Shown: one piece after another, positions 25,205 through 38,534 of the stretch
Layout of the letters: each line of letters begins with the position of its first letter
Position numbering within the stretch: the first letter of the stretch is position 1
Source of the DNA: Octopus sinensis
Lineage: Eukaryota
DNA length: 64,000 nucleotides
NCBI RefSeq assembly: GCF_006345805.1
Contig: NC_042999.1
Span: forward strand, 172,856,001-172,920,000
Direction of reading: 5' to 3'
Notes under the pieces: generated by a model
The model's database searches: none
What the model saw: the letters and a program-made list of their open reading frames with translations, nothing else
What the model was told of the DNA's origin: nothing
Position numbers and translations under genes: made by a program

Positions 25205-26297
25205 CTGGGGTTCGGACTGAGAAAGCGTGGTGTGTTACTCTTGAAGACAGGCAAAATCAAATGTGTGGACGGGCTATCGGTACCGTCGGGGGAGGTTATG
25301 AAGTAGATAGAAGAGACGGGCTATAAGTATTTTGGGATTCTGGAAATGGATAAATTGATGGAGAAAGAAATTACAGAAAAATTTAAGGCGGAGTACTTGC
25401 GCAGACTGAGACAGATACTTAAGTCGAAATTACACGGACGGAATAAGATTGGATCTATCAACACCTGAGCGGTTTCACTCCGTAGATATGGAGCAGGGGT
25501 AATCGCAAGGACATTAGACGAACTAAACAACTTAGACAGAAAGACAAGGAAGTTGCTAACTAGATATGGGTCACTCCACCCATGAAGTGACACAGACAGA
25601 CTTTATGTGCCAAGAAAAAGAGTGGGAAGAGGAATTATTGGATGCGAACACGGCGTTAGAGCAGAAGAAAGCAACATAGCATGTTATGTAAAAATGCCAC
25701 AAAACCACTATTATTTGAAGAAGGTCAGCCTTGTGTAGGATGAAAGATTGCAAAGATGAAGCACTGTACAAGCAATTGAAAGCGAATGAAACTGAAAATA
25801 GGTGGGTAAAGAAAAGAAAGCATGGACGATCTTATAGATTGTTGAAGATAAGACAGACAAAGAAAAAAGATGACTGTAGATGACTAAAAGGGATTTAAAA
25901 TTGGAAACAGAGGCTCTGATCTGTGCTGCCCAAAAGCAAGCACTAAGAACAAACTATATAAAATACAAAATAGACAATAGTACAGAAAGTGATAAGTGCA
26001 GAATCTGTGGACAAAATGGTGAAACCGTATGGCATACAACCAGCCAATGTACGCCACTCGCCCAGAAGGAATATAAGAGACGCCACGACAATATAGCAAG
26101 GCTTGTCTATTGGACACTTTGCAACTAGTATGGACTTGACAGAGCAAAAAATGGGTACGACCACATACCCGAAGGCATCATCGAAAATGATAATGCAAAG
26201 ATCCTGTGGGATTTTATTATTCAGTGCGACCATGAGATAGAGAATAGGAAACCAGACATAGTCTTAATTGAGAAAGAAAGTAAACTATGCTGGATCT
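25205..26297 (+). mobile_element. Dong/R4-clade non-LTR retrotransposon fragment (RT C-terminus, CCHC knuckle, start of RLE)
   Basis: YKYFGILE..EYLRRLRQILKSKLHGRNKI..LDRKTRKLLT..DTDRLYVPRKRVGRG; ETEALICAAQKQALRTNY..CRICGQNGETVWHTTSQC..YKRRHDNIARLVYW; KILWDFIIQCDHEIENRKPDIVLIEK; stops and frameshifts. Confidence 0.92.
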
Positions 26298-26974
26298 ATT
26301 GCAAAATTACTAGTCTTTTCTGATCGGACATACAAATGAATATATATAGCAAATATTAAAACTTTTGTATCTACAATTTTGTATTAAAGTTTCATCTTTC
26401 TTTTCTCCCTGACTACCTGAATATGTAAACACATCTTTTATTGCAACAACGCAATTAGATGCAAGAAGAAAAATTAAAGAGGGGTGCAACTGCTAATATA
26501 TACAAACTGCACAATTACAAAACCTGTAAACCACAGTAAAACTTATAAAAAAAAAAGACACTTTTTTTTTTTAAATCAGAAATTCAAAATTCCAACGCTG
26601 TTAACATCAGTATATTTTTTTCCTATCGGTAATTAAAAATAGGTGAACTGGCTCTTTTGAAGATCACGGTTAGCACTCTCATTGACGCTAGTAGTAGTAA
26701 ACACATTTGACCTCTGCTAGCCCCAAGGGTGTGAGTCCTCTTTTGTTTCCTTCTCGCACAGAAATGCCCATTGCTGATCTTACCATCTGCCGAATGTATT
26801 TACAGACCAGTAGAATTTGGTCTATTCACCAAGCTGCTTCTCTTGCTTCTACCCTCAAGGCGGTTACAAACCCTGTGATTGCGTGAGCACTTGAAATGAC
26901 CAGTAAATGAACTAAAAGGCAGTTGAGAATGATCGCAGGAAGCGCAAAAGATAGTATTAAGTGTTAACTGCAAC

Positions 26975-27070
26975 GTAAACAGACTGTATATGAAAAGAAT
27001 GGTGGCAGAGGACTGATTAGTATAGACCATTGTATAAGGAGTGAAAGGAGAACGCTTGCCGAATATTTAT
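26975..27070 (+). mobile_element. Dong/R4 RT thumb micro-fragment
   Basis: RLYMKR/GGRGLISIDHCIRSERRTLAEYL, abutting (AAT)n. Confidence 0.7.
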
Positions 27071-27339
27071 AATAATAATAATGAAATTATTGTCTACGGT
27101 GCTCAGGTGCACCACAACTTTGATAAAGGGTGACGAAGATCTGCTGCAATATACCGGGACCCATATTATTATTGATAATTTTAAGTGCTATAGGTAGAAC
27201 GATGGTGGTAATGATAATCGCTATGGTTATGGAGACGACACAATGCAAGCACATTATTTATATATATGTGTGTATGTACATACATGTGCACGTGTATATA
27301 AAATAAAGGGAAGAAGACAGAGATAGGATCTCAATAACA

Positions 27340-28365
27340 TGTCACGTGGGAACCCAACGAATGACTCATGAAATCATGATGCGACACAACAAGGCAAGAA
27401 TTAACTGCGAGAATGAAGCTATATAGCCGATCATGGTGAAGGTTTCCTTCCCGTCACGTTCGAAACCACCCATATCAGGGGCAGTAATCTCGCCTGGGAC
27501 GGTCGTTATGTCACAACAGATCACATACACGATGTGAGCAAAAACAGACATAAAGGCGATACACTTATTGAATGTCATGAAAATCCAAAGCTGGAAAGAA
27601 GGTGCGGAGTAGGCCGACATACCTTGAAATTTTGGATGGGAAAGGACCTGTGTCCAATGTCAGAAAATAACCTAATGAACCAAGTGAAAAAAATTAGGAG
27701 GAAGGTTTACTTAACTGGAGTAGAAATATATCGGATTAATGAAAGTCTGGGAGACCCTGCGGTTTGGAGTTGAAAAGAGAGAGGGAGGAGTTGAATGCAA
27801 GGAGAAGAGTCGACAGGAGGGAGATTGGAAAGGTGATGGGGCTGTTAAGGATGAGTAACAGGAACGTTATACAGTGAACCCTGGGACTGTGGTGGGTGGA
27901 CATGCAGGGTATATGAGCAAACTAGATAATGTATTGCTTGAAATTCAAAGACGACTTACTGACTTGATGAATGCCCCAGAAGAAAAAAAGACCCCATAAA
28001 TATGAGAAGGATAGATAGGAGTATGATAAATAAAGTAACACAAAACATAAATACTGTCATACCATACATCCAGACGGAGGTCATAACACAAACAAGGAAT
28101 CTTCTCCGGGTTATTACGCTACTTGTTGAGGAGAAATTACAACTTACGAGAACAAAAAATGGTGGTGCAAAAGAACCATGGGGGGAAACGACGCGATGAA
28201 AGGGATATTATGCGGACAAGGCAAGATCTAGGAAAAATTGAGCAATGGTTAAGCGGAAACTGAGAAAAATGGGAAAAAGACCGACCGAGAAAAATTAGAG
28301 AAGATATATAAAATACGGAAGAACGGATTTGATGCAGTTAAAACAGAGGGTGATTGCAAAATACA
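27340..28365 (+). mobile_element. Dong/R4-clade LINE N-terminal region remnant
   Basis: SENNLMNQVKKIRRKVYLTGVEI; ITQTRNLLRVITLLVEEKL..KEPW..; RQDLGKIEQW..LKQRVIAK, typical of the R4/Dong pre-RT region. Confidence 0.75.
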
Positions 28366-28399
28366 AATACAAAGCAAATGTCAAACATATAATGAAAAT

Positions 28400-28535
28400 A
28401 GTAATAATCCGATCTACTATAGGTACAAGGCCTGACATTTGGGGAAGGATGATGGTCGATTACATCGACACCATTCCTCAATCGGTACTTATTTATCGAC
28501 CCCGAAAGGCAAAGTCGGTCTTGGTGGAATTTGTA
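28400..28535 (-). mobile_element. SINE family A fragment with (ATT)n-type tail
   Basis: ggtacttatttatcgaccccgaaaggcaaagtcg core in reverse. Confidence 0.7.
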
Positions 28536-29863
28536 TCGATTAAGTTCGAAATGTGGCTTTGTTACCTCGTCGTGCCTCGGACCATCAAAGAACTTTCGTC
28601 TTAGATAACATGGATTTTCTCTGACAACGAAGCCTTCGTACTACACGTTGAACAATTGACGGCCAATGTCTTTCCAAGTTAACCTTCCTTATGCGCCTCT
28701 TTTTTTACTAAATTCCCTTCTAATCAAGTTTTCCTTATCTTTAGTCTCTTAAATTTTTTCCGGCCACAAATATTTTCCACCTCCCATGATACTCAGAATC
28801 TAAAATGTCATTATCATTAATCTGACACTTCCATGGAGCTACGTTTGAAGAGTTCGACGCTTCTCAAAACTATAATAATAGATTATCTGTGATATTGGCA
28901 CAAGGCCGGTAATTTGAATCGAAGTGGTCATTAGCTCAAATGTATTTGAATGTTACATTACTTTACCTATGAAAATGATGAAAAGCAAATATGAAAACTG
29001 AGCGATATGAACCTAAACGTACAGAACCAGAAAATACATTAATATATTTTCCGACACTCTAAAGTTTCTTCAGCATTAACAATATAAAAATAATAATAAC
29101 TTTAACAACTTTTAAATAAAAAAAAGCATTATAATAATAACGTCAAGCTCAAATTTTATGGGGTGGAAGTTTCCATGTAAAAATACATATTAATATATCT
29201 GTAGATTTTTATGCCTCTTACCAGCATGATCACTTTATAGTCTCATATCTCTGAATCTAGAAGGAACTCTTTACAATCTTCTTTTTGGAGTTATTCATTT
29301 ATTATTGATTTAGAACCTTAAAAAATATCTTCAAGTGATTCTTAAAAGAAATGATGTTTTGAATTTATGATAGAGTTTCTTTTCCCCTACTGGCTTTATC
29401 AATTATATATTTTTATATTTTGTTGATTTATTCTCGCTACTCACTTCATGTTATTTTTCTAGCTATTCTACCTTTTTATAGTTATGCTTCTTCTCGCCTT
29501 CGTTTCGGATTCATGATTATCACACGAAATTATATTTTAACATGTTCTGTATAGTTATTTCTTTTTTACATGGATATTTTCTATATTTTTCGAGTTCTAA
29601 TCTCATAACTTTTGTTTCTTCCCTAATACAACGAATACATTGAGTAGATTAAATGGCAATTGTTAAAATATGCGTATAGTCGAATACATTTAACGATATC
29701 AACGGTAAGTATTCGATACTCTCCGGCTGATGGAGCGGGAAGTTATTACTCCAGTAAGAACTAAATGAAAGCATGGAGAAAAATAAAAATGTATATTTTA
29801 TGGTATATCGTCCAGTACTCACTTAGCAAGACCGACTGTTTTATATTGTACTTTTCCATATTT

Positions 29864-29905
29864 CTTGTTGTTGTTGTTGTTGTTCTTCTTCTTCTTCTTC
29901 TTCTT

Positions 29906-29980
<75 letters not shown>
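29864..29980. repeat. Compound (GTT)n(CTT)n(ATT)n microsatellite
   Basis: Directly visible. Confidence 0.97.
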
Positions 29981-29981
<1 letters not shown>

Positions 29982-30045
29982 GTCTATCGACACACATGTT
30001 GCATATCGTTTCTGTAACTATGATGTTATTTATATTGCAACAGTG

Positions 30046-30117
<72 letters not shown>

Positions 30118-30799
30118 TAGTGTAATAAATAAAATATATGCATACATACAAACATATGTGTACGTACCTACATCTACATGTATATATACATGCATATATA
30201 AATATATATGCGTACAGGACACCACAAAAAGACGTAGAACTCAACAGAAACGAAAACGGAAAAGCCATTTTTTTACAACAGAAAGACAGAGTCGTGGAAC
30301 AGGACGAGAACGAAAACGAGAAAAACATTATTTACAACAGAAAAACAAGGTACAGGACATACTACACAAGGAAAAATCCCCATATCAGTGTAGCAATTAT
30401 CCACTACGTAGATAATCTAACCAGAAACTTAAGTAACGGGTTAGTTTTCCACTTTTGTTGCCATTAGAGGCTAATTTGGGGTTTGTTTAGCCTAACACAT
30501 CCATCAATTTTTCCTCAAAAAAGAAAGATGGTGGGCGAGGATTGTTTGTCCACAATAAAGAAGAGCCAGTTATCCGTGCAACAGAACAGTGAAATAGTAG
30601 ATGCCAGTGACAACATCATCAGCAGTAACAACAGCAGCAGCATCAACAACAACAACGACAAATGATCATATGAAATGTATGAAAGTAACTTTCTGTTGCT
30701 TCCAGCACCACCTTCAACACCGCAGGAAAGACAAAAGTAATCAATGACAACAAAAAGCAACCACGAAAGCGAGAAAACTTCCACCTCCACTACACGCCA

Positions 30800-32670
30800 A
30801 CATCATTAACGAAAACTACAGAAACAAATAAAACGAACCATTCGAATTCGCTGTTAAGGGTTTTGCCGCAGCGACGAAGGAAGTAAGTGAAAACATTTTT
30901 GTTATACATGAAAATGAATTCAAAAGAGCAAGATGTATGTTGGAGAAATATGGCACCTAATATCCCTAGATTTGCCCAACATGAAAGTAATTTGTGGATA
31001 GTTCTTTATAAAGCATTTGGAGCGAAATTAGAAGTGTAGAGCAGGTAACATACTGGCGGATTGAAAAATGTATACGATCAATTTGGAAGAGCAAAGCCTA
31101 TAGAGCCAGGGGAAAAATATAAGTCTGTCGGAATTCATAAACCTACCAGATAGCACAAAGCCTCACATGGCAGAAGGCTAGGAAGTTACTTGTGCAGGGA
31201 CACAAATCACCTCAAATCCTTCTTCCCACAACAAATGAATTAATGGAGCCCCCACTTTTTCCTACACTACCACCATAGCAACAAAACCACAAGAGCACCA
31301 GAAGAGGCAGGTGGCCTCTACAGCTGAAAACAACAGTAAAATTAGCTGCAACACCGACATCTGTAGCAGCAACAAGAAGAACAAGAGTGGAAGCAACTGC
31401 AGCAACACAACAGGGAACTTACTAACATCCACGGTTTCCACCTGTAAGTCAGCAGCAAAAATAAACCAATCAACCAAGAGCTTTATTATCAACATGTCAG
31501 CAAAAATTTTCTACAAGTTATAGTTTCCGTGTTCTGAGTAACCAGACATGACCTGTGGTGAGGGGGACGACGATGAGTGTAAATAGCGACATAACGGCGG
31601 TTCTAACAAACGAAAAGAAATAAAAACACACTGGCATCAATCTAAAAACTGACAGGTATGATCGAAGGTGGAGACAACTTTCAGAACAAATATACAAATA
31701 TATGTTTGCAACACCGTAATAGAATCACAGTTAGATTGTGTGAGGCTAATGGATAGAAAAATAAGTGGTGAAAGCTTTGCAAACCTGCTCAGACATTTTC
31801 AACTGTCTGACAGACCTCAAATTTGTGGTTTTAACAGTCGACATATATAGGCTTAGAAGGCAGGGACTTGTTTACTGGAAACTGAAAAAATCACTCCCCG
31901 GATGTCAAGCTTAAAGTGACCGGATTGGAGGCTCTTAGGAAACTCAGAAGAGGCTCTTAGGAAAGGTATTGCAACCGACGTGTTGGCTGCGAGATGGATT
32001 CGGGACCAGTTCTTCAACACTAAACACGAAGGTTGCATTGTGAGAGCTAAAGTGCGTACTCTAAGATAAAAGGGAACGAAAGCCGCTCGATGACCCGAGT
32101 AGCAGAGACGCAACATGGCAGCAAATCAACAACTCAGTCTTTGGTGGATCAATTTGGACGCATGTTACACGACTCCGTGCAGATGTGTGCAGTATTTCGG
32201 CAGCACTTTTCCCAACTGTCTGGGACGAATGGCATTCTGGAATGCAATATAGACTTCTGTGCCTATTTCGACGGCATGCAACGATACTGAGAAAATGGCC
32301 TGGTTTAGTTGTTCTGCTCTATGAGCTATAAATTTATATGTCAGACTTGTTTCACAGCCTTTTAGCAGATATCTAATGCAATTGGCAGCAGAACTGGAGA
32401 ATTCCCATTTCTGCGAGTCGATGTGTGGAGGCACTTCTAAGAAAGGACCCTAGGAAGGGGGAGCAAATAAAATTTTTTTGGCCCATAACACTGCTGAAAG
32501 CAATTTTGGCCAAGGTGTTAGCAAAGAAGCTGGTACTTATCGGGGAACTGATAAGTGATTCACAAGCATGCGCAAACCCAAGATAATATACTTGCCGTAG
32601 ACGTCAGAGTGGTCGTTGTATTTCTAGGGTTTTCAGGAACAGTACATGGAAGTTTCCCTCTTTTGGGGAT
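30800..32670 (+). mobile_element. Decayed, internally deleted Tx1-like (L1 group) LINE
   Basis: Degenerate ORF1 knuckle (YLCRDTNHLKSF); ORF2 linker KHEGCIVRAKVR..QSLVDQFGRML..MCAVFRQHFSQL; RT start LRKDPRKG...WPITLLKAILAKVLAKKL...SDSQAC. Confidence 0.75.
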
Positions 32671-32819
32671 TTAATTGTTATAATTTTATTGTTTTCTATT
32701 TTGAAATGCAACACTATTTGTGTTGTCTTGTCCCTAATTTCTTACATGAACATTATGTAGTGAATTTTTTAAAAATTATTATTATCAGGCAAAATTCATA
32801 GCACCATTCCATCCTTCTC

Positions 32820-32965
32820 GGTCTGAGTTCAAATTCCGGTGAGGTCGACTTTACCTTTCAGCCTTTCGGGGCCGATAAATTAAGTATCAGTTGAACACTG
32901 GGGTCCATGTAATCGACTGACCCCGTCCACGAACTTCCAGACCTGGTATGAAATTTTGAAACCAT
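32820..32965 (+). mobile_element. SINE family A fragment
   Basis: ctgagttcaaattccggtgaggtcgactttacctttcagcctttcggggccgataaattaagta core; ends in (ATC)n(ATT)n. Confidence 0.8.
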
Positions 32966-32966
32966 T

Positions 32967-33053
<87 letters not shown>

Positions 33054-33056
33054 TAG

Positions 33057-33270
33057 AAGGCGGTGAGCTGGCAGAATCGTTAACACGCCAGAAGAAATGC
33101 TTAGCGGTATTTCGTCTGCCGCTATGTTCTGCGTTCAAATTCCACCGAGGTCAGTATTGCCTTCCATCCTTTCCGGATCAATAAATGAAGTACCCGTGGA
33201 AGACTGGGATCGATGTAATCGGCTAGTCCCCTTCCCCAAAATTACATACCTTGTGCCATTAGTAGAAATT
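33057..33270 (+). mobile_element. SINE family A with (ATT)n-type tail
   Basis: ggcggtgagctggcagaatcgtta head, core, tail ccccttccccaaa...ccttgtgcc...attatt. Confidence 0.85.
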
Positions 33271-33304
33271 ATTATTATTATTGTTGTTGTTGTTGTTGTT
33301 GTTA

Positions 33305-33827
33305 TTATATGTTTGACTTTTGCTTTATGTCTGTACAAGTTGGCTCCAAGTCTCACCCAGAGACCTCAAGAGACAACAGGTTGGAAGTTTACGTTGTTGT
33401 TATGCCTAGTGTGCCATATATTTGGGGGTTTTTTTGGTGCTGTACTAGTGAATGTCTAATACATAAAAAAAAGTTTGTTTTAAACCTTGGGATTACATAG
33501 AGAGTATTTTGCGTAGGATACGAACAGTTCCCATAAGCACTATCTTTTGAATTTCTGCCATTTTGGGGTTTCCTGGTATCTGAGTCAGGTAGCAATCAGT
33601 CCCTTTCGCTATCATTCCCAGGGCACCTATGACAACAGGTATTGTTTTAGTCTTCAGCTTCAACATTTTGCCATTTTCTATTTCAAGATCTTTATATTTG
33701 CTCAGTTTTTGGTAGGTCTTGACAGATACGTTTATATCGATGAGGAGGCATGTTCTTTGTCTGAAGTCTTTCAATATGATGTCTGGCCTATTTGCATGTA
33801 TCTTTCTGTCAGTTTGAATGGTGAAAT
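33305..33827 (-). mobile_element. Dong/R4 LINE 3' end (RLE domain plus 3' UTR)
   Basis: FTIQTDRKIHANRPDIILKD..TCLLIDI..KLSKYKDLEIE..PVVIGALG..EIQKIVLMGTVRILRKILSM*; flanked on both sides by (AAT/AAC)n. Confidence 0.92.
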
Positions 33828-33899
33828 TATTATTATTTTTATTATTATTATTTTTATTATTATCATTATTATTATTATTATATTATTATTATTATTTAG

Positions 33900-34113
33900 A
33901 AGGCGGTGAGCTGGCAGAATCGTTAACACGCCAGAAGAAATGCTTAGCGGTATTTCGTCTGCCGCTATGTTCTGCGTTCAAATTCCACCGAGGTCAGTAT
34001 TGCCTTCCATCCTTTCCGGATCAATAAATGAAGTACCCGTGGAAGACTGGGATCGATGTAATCGGCTAGTCCCCTTCCCCAAAATTACATACCTTGTGCC
34101 ATTAGTAGAAATT
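33900..34113 (+). mobile_element. SINE family A (duplicate copy)
   Basis: Copy of 33057-33270. Confidence 0.85.
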
Positions 34114-34147
34114 ATTATTATTATTGTTGTTGTTGTTGTTGTTGTTA

Positions 34148-34669
34148 TTATATGTTTGACTTTTGCTTTATGTCTGTACAAGTTGGCTCCAAGTCTCACC
34201 CAGAGACCTCAAGAGACAACAGGTTGGAAGTTTACGTTGTTGTTATGCCTAGTGTGCCATATATTGGGGGTTTTTTTGGTGCTGTACTAGTGAATGTCTA
34301 ATACATAAAAAAAAGTTTGTTTTAAACCTTGGGATTACATAGAGAGTATTTTGCGTAGGATACGAACAGTTCCCATAAGCACTATCTTTTGAATTTCTGC
34401 CATTTTGGGGTTTCCTGGTATCTGAGTCAGGTAGCAATCAGTCCCTTTCGCTATCATTCCCAGGGCACCTATGACAACAGGTATTGTTTTAGTCTTCAGC
34501 TTCAACATTTTGCCATTTTCTATTTCAAGATCTTTATATTTGCTCAGTTTTTGGTAGGTCTTGACAGATACGTTTATATCGATGAGGAGGCATGTTCTTT
34601 GTCTGAAGTCTTTCAATATGATGTCTGGCCTATTTGCATGTATCTTTCTGTCAGTTTGAATGGTGAAAT
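34148..34669 (-). mobile_element. Dong/R4 LINE 3' end (duplicate copy)
   Basis: Copy of 33305-33827. Confidence 0.92.
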
Positions 34670-34704
34670 TATTATTATTTTTATTATTATTATTTTTATT
34701 ATTA

Positions 34705-34750
<46 letters not shown>

Positions 34751-34909
34751 TATTAATCTGCATGTATGTTACAGTCACTTGCCGAGACACATCCAGCGTC
34801 TTTGGGCGAGTGAAGGATAAGAGAATTTACAGTATGACTAAAACCTTATGGAGGGGAGGTAGTGAAATATCTTCATGCAATACAACACAGACATTTAAAT
34901 GGATAGAGT

Positions 34910-35235
34910 TTTTCTAAAGATGTGGGAAATACTTGTCGGCACAGTCTTTTGGATTTCTCTGAAACATGGTTCTTCTGGGACCTTATCTCGATGTTTCTGA
35001 CATCCCTTTTTTTCTCATACCTATGGCATCTACAATAACAGGAACAGTTCTCGTTTTAAGATGCCACATCTTTTATATTTCAATTTCCAGGTCCTTATAT
35101 TTACTTAGTTTGTCAAATTCTTTCACAGATATATTTTCTATTAGTGGGAACACTTACATCAATTAGTATACAAGTCTTTTCTTCCCCGTCTTTAATGAGT
35201 ACGTTTGGCTGATTAGCCTCGATCGTTCTATTTCC
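34910..35235 (-). mobile_element. Dong/R4 RLE remnant (second lineage)
   Basis: RTIEANQPNVLIKDGEEKTCILIDVSVP..DKLSKYKDLEIEI*KMWHLKTRTVPVIV. Confidence 0.85.
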
Positions 35236-35424
35236 ATGTCTTGCCGATATCTGCCTGACACCTAGGGCAGAGAAATGTATTGTATACATTGGTAGGCCAT
35301 TAAAACAAACACACAAGATTGCTCATTTACAAACTCATGTGATAGAGAAAAGGGAGGAAGATAGAGAGGGAAACGAGAAAATAATAAAAACATAAAATAA
35401 AGGGTGGAAACGAAAGAAAATTCA

Positions 35425-35865
35425 CAGCGACAATGCTCTTCTCGATACGTGTGACGTACCAGTTAAGATAATCTTTTGCACTTTCTACATCGACGCTAAG
35501 CAAGGGATTATTCTTAAATAATATTCAATTCCATTTTTTTTTCATCATTCCAAGTGCGCCTACAATCATTGGCATTGTAACCGACTTGAAATGACACGTC
35601 TTTTCTATTTCGATTAGCATTATATTTTCTGAGCTTATCAAATTCTTTTTCCGAGATATTATGGTCACAGGGTATGCTCATGTCAATCAATAAACATACT
35701 TTATTGTTTTCACGTTTCACAACAATATTCCCAAAGAATAGTTACATTTTCTCCCTCAGTTACAGCCGCAGGCAGGGAGCTTGTACTATTTGTCAGCAGT
35801 TTTGATGTTATAATGCCGAAACATTATCCAATGTAGACATTGGCCAACTCTGTCATGTCTTGATT
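35425..35865 (-). mobile_element. Dong/R4 RLE remnant (third lineage)
   Basis: RHDRVGQCLHW..ENVTILW..VCLLIDMSIPCDHNISEKEFDKLRKY..PMIVGALGMMKK..VQKIILTGTSHVSRRALSL. Confidence 0.85.
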
Positions 35866-36613
35866 ATCATCATCATCATCGTTGCTGCTGCTGCTGCTGA
35901 TGATGTTGCCCCCTTTTAAATCGCTCGCGTGTTTTTCATGTAACTCTGTTAAAAATGTAACTACCTATGTGTTTACTCTGTTTTGTTACTAAACTGACCT
36001 GAATCCTAAAGAACTGTTCAATTACGTTTTTGTTTTGTCACTTTGGGATTAAATCTATTCTTTTTCTAGAATTAAACCACTTGAAAATACAAAAACATAC
36101 ATGGTGTCGCAAATGGAGAGAAAGGATGGTTTTTGAAACTGAAAATATAAAACAATTTCCCACAGCCTAACATATAGCCGCAACGGGAACAACCAACTGC
36201 CAGAACATTACGGCGTGGTAGTGAAAGTCGTAGAAAGTAGCAGGAAAGAATGACGACTTTCTAGGAGATGCTCAGGCGTCAGTTTTTTTTCTCGAAGAAA
36301 TTCGAGCCGGGGCCCCATAGATAATTTCCATAAATCTTTGACTAGGTAGTGCTACAGAGTGTGGAGAAACTTATGGGTATAGAAGTGTCACTAACCGGTC
36401 TTTCTCGAGATTGCCGCAGAGCGATTAGAACTGTTTTGTACGCGCTCTCCTATGCCTGAGTATTGTTGTCTCATTGAATTGGGTCAAACACCTAATATCA
36501 CTAGTAGGACTGATCCGGCTATCAGATAAGTATATAGTAAACAATATACCCAGCGCCTTAGTTTTTGCAGAGAATGGGCAGTTTTTTTTACCTGTCTGTT
36601 GGCCTTCACATGC

Positions 36614-37003
36614 TACCACTCCTGCTTGGGCAATCATCTTTTAGTCATCTTCTTCTCTCACTCTTCGGGGACATGTTCAGAGCAGATGCTTCGACCTAGA
36701 CTATCCTTAAAACTCACACTTAGCTTTGAGAAATTTGCTGGATAACAACATTCTTTCTACACCCTCATTTTCTGACAGGATTGAAACAAATGCATTCAAC
36801 TTTAGTCACGCCCTCTTCAACTTTTTGAAGTCTCAATTGTGAAAGAAAAGGAAGGTGTAGAAATAATGTTGTATTCAAGCAAATTTCTTAAAGCTAAGTG
36901 TGAGTTTTATGGATAGTTTGGTTCAGAGCATCTGCTCTGAACGTGCCTCCGAAGATTGAGAGAAGAGAATGGCTAAAAGGTGATTGCCCAAACGGGAGGG
37001 GTA
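36614..37003. repeat. Long inverted repeat (174-bp arms, 42-nt loop)
   Basis: 36614-36787 aligns ungapped to the reverse complement of 36830-37003 with about 29 substitutions (manual count). Confidence 0.93.
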
Positions 37004-37606
37004 ACCTTCGTTTCGAGGAGTTTCTCTGAATAATCTCGGAAATCTCCTCCTTCGGGTGGGGAATATTTCTTGTTTGAATTTTTTATGTCTGTGCTTTCAA
37101 TATTTTACTGGTTACACGACTTTAGTAACTCCACGTTCTATGTTTTTGTATACACTTAGAGGTTAATAAAGGAAACAATATAATAGTTATTATTATCCCG
37201 GCGTGGTCTACGTTGCTTTTCACTCTCCCAGTGCCGTAATAAAAGTGTCAATGGAGTAATGAGGTCTACGTAATCGATCACGACCTCTCGCAAATTGTGT
37301 ACATATCAGAAATCATTTTTATTAATATACGGAATGAATAAATAGTTATTGCTATTATTATACAAGAAGTAGTGGGAGTCAAAAAATGATCAGAGCATTT
37401 GATAAAAGTAGTAGCACAATTTACTAACTTCCATTACATTAAGTGTTCAAAATGCACTGCTGTTTACACTCATTCTATCGGGACGATAAAGACAGAACCA
37501 GTCAAGTATTTCCGTTGATTTGCCTAGCAATATCTTTATCATCCGAGAAAAATAATTCTTTGTGATTAAGTTATAAATCCGCATTATTGCTCTTATTCAT
37601 ATTCCA

Positions 37607-37654
37607 ACTCTTCTTCTTCTTCTTCTTCTCCTCCTCCTCCTTCTTCTTTCTTTA

Positions 37655-37717
<63 letters not shown>

Positions 37718-37790
37718 CATTATTATCATTATTATTATTTCCACCATCACTATTATAGTAATCATCGTCATTATTGCCATCATCACCATT
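37607..37790. repeat. (CTT)n/(ATT)n/(ATC)n microsatellite
   Basis: Directly visible. Confidence 0.95.
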
Positions 37791-38534
37791 ATCCCTGACT
37801 CTATTTCAAAGAGTATATATCGCCAAAAACTATATTGTGAAGCCATATAATCGCCACTTTTACAACCAACATTATGCCATCTATTATGAGGCCCTTTAGC
37901 TGCAAATGTCTCTTTTATGAGTTTCTCCTTGGAAACAAGATGCCGTTTTTGATCATATGACAAACATGTAACTCAGCGCAATTTACGATTCTATAACGGT
38001 AATTGCTGTTCACGTCAATGCCGTTGTAATAATACATAGCTTTCTTCCCTTTTTCCCTCCTTCCATTTGTATGATAATAGCAATTGCATTATTACAATTG
38101 ATTTGTTATAAATACCTTGTTACAATTGCATTGTGAGGAATATTTACTTCAATACTTATAATTGGCTATATTTCTGGCAGTCTTCTAACAGTAGAAAAAC
38201 TTTTTGCTATAGCTAACGAGATATTTTATAGAAAATATTCAGTATATTAGCGTTGCTAATATGCAGTGCATTTGCGCAGAATGTAGAGTATCATTCTAAA
38301 TGTTTAAGGTGTATAAATCGGTGACTAACATGACTAACATGCCTACAATGTCTATATTCAAACTGTGATGGGATATAATTAGCCCTAATGTTCCATCCAC
38401 AAATAATCGAACTGTTTGTTCAGATGTACATAAAAACTTACTGTAAGGTGAAAGGATGTTATACTGAAAGCAAACAAACAAACCAAGAGGGTATAAGGAG
38501 CTACTTCTTTTGCTAAGCAAGGGACAACGGTTCT

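Larger units (their letters stand above)
33052..34736. repeat. Near-identical tandem duplication, unit ~843 bp (SINE plus Dong 3' end)
   Basis: 33052-33894 recurs from 33895; the ORF track shows duplicated translations. Confidence 0.95.

Noticed and set aside
37004-37065. Minus-strand hairpin followed by GAAAC, hammerhead-like
   Set aside because: No CTGANGA core and no stem I complementarity.
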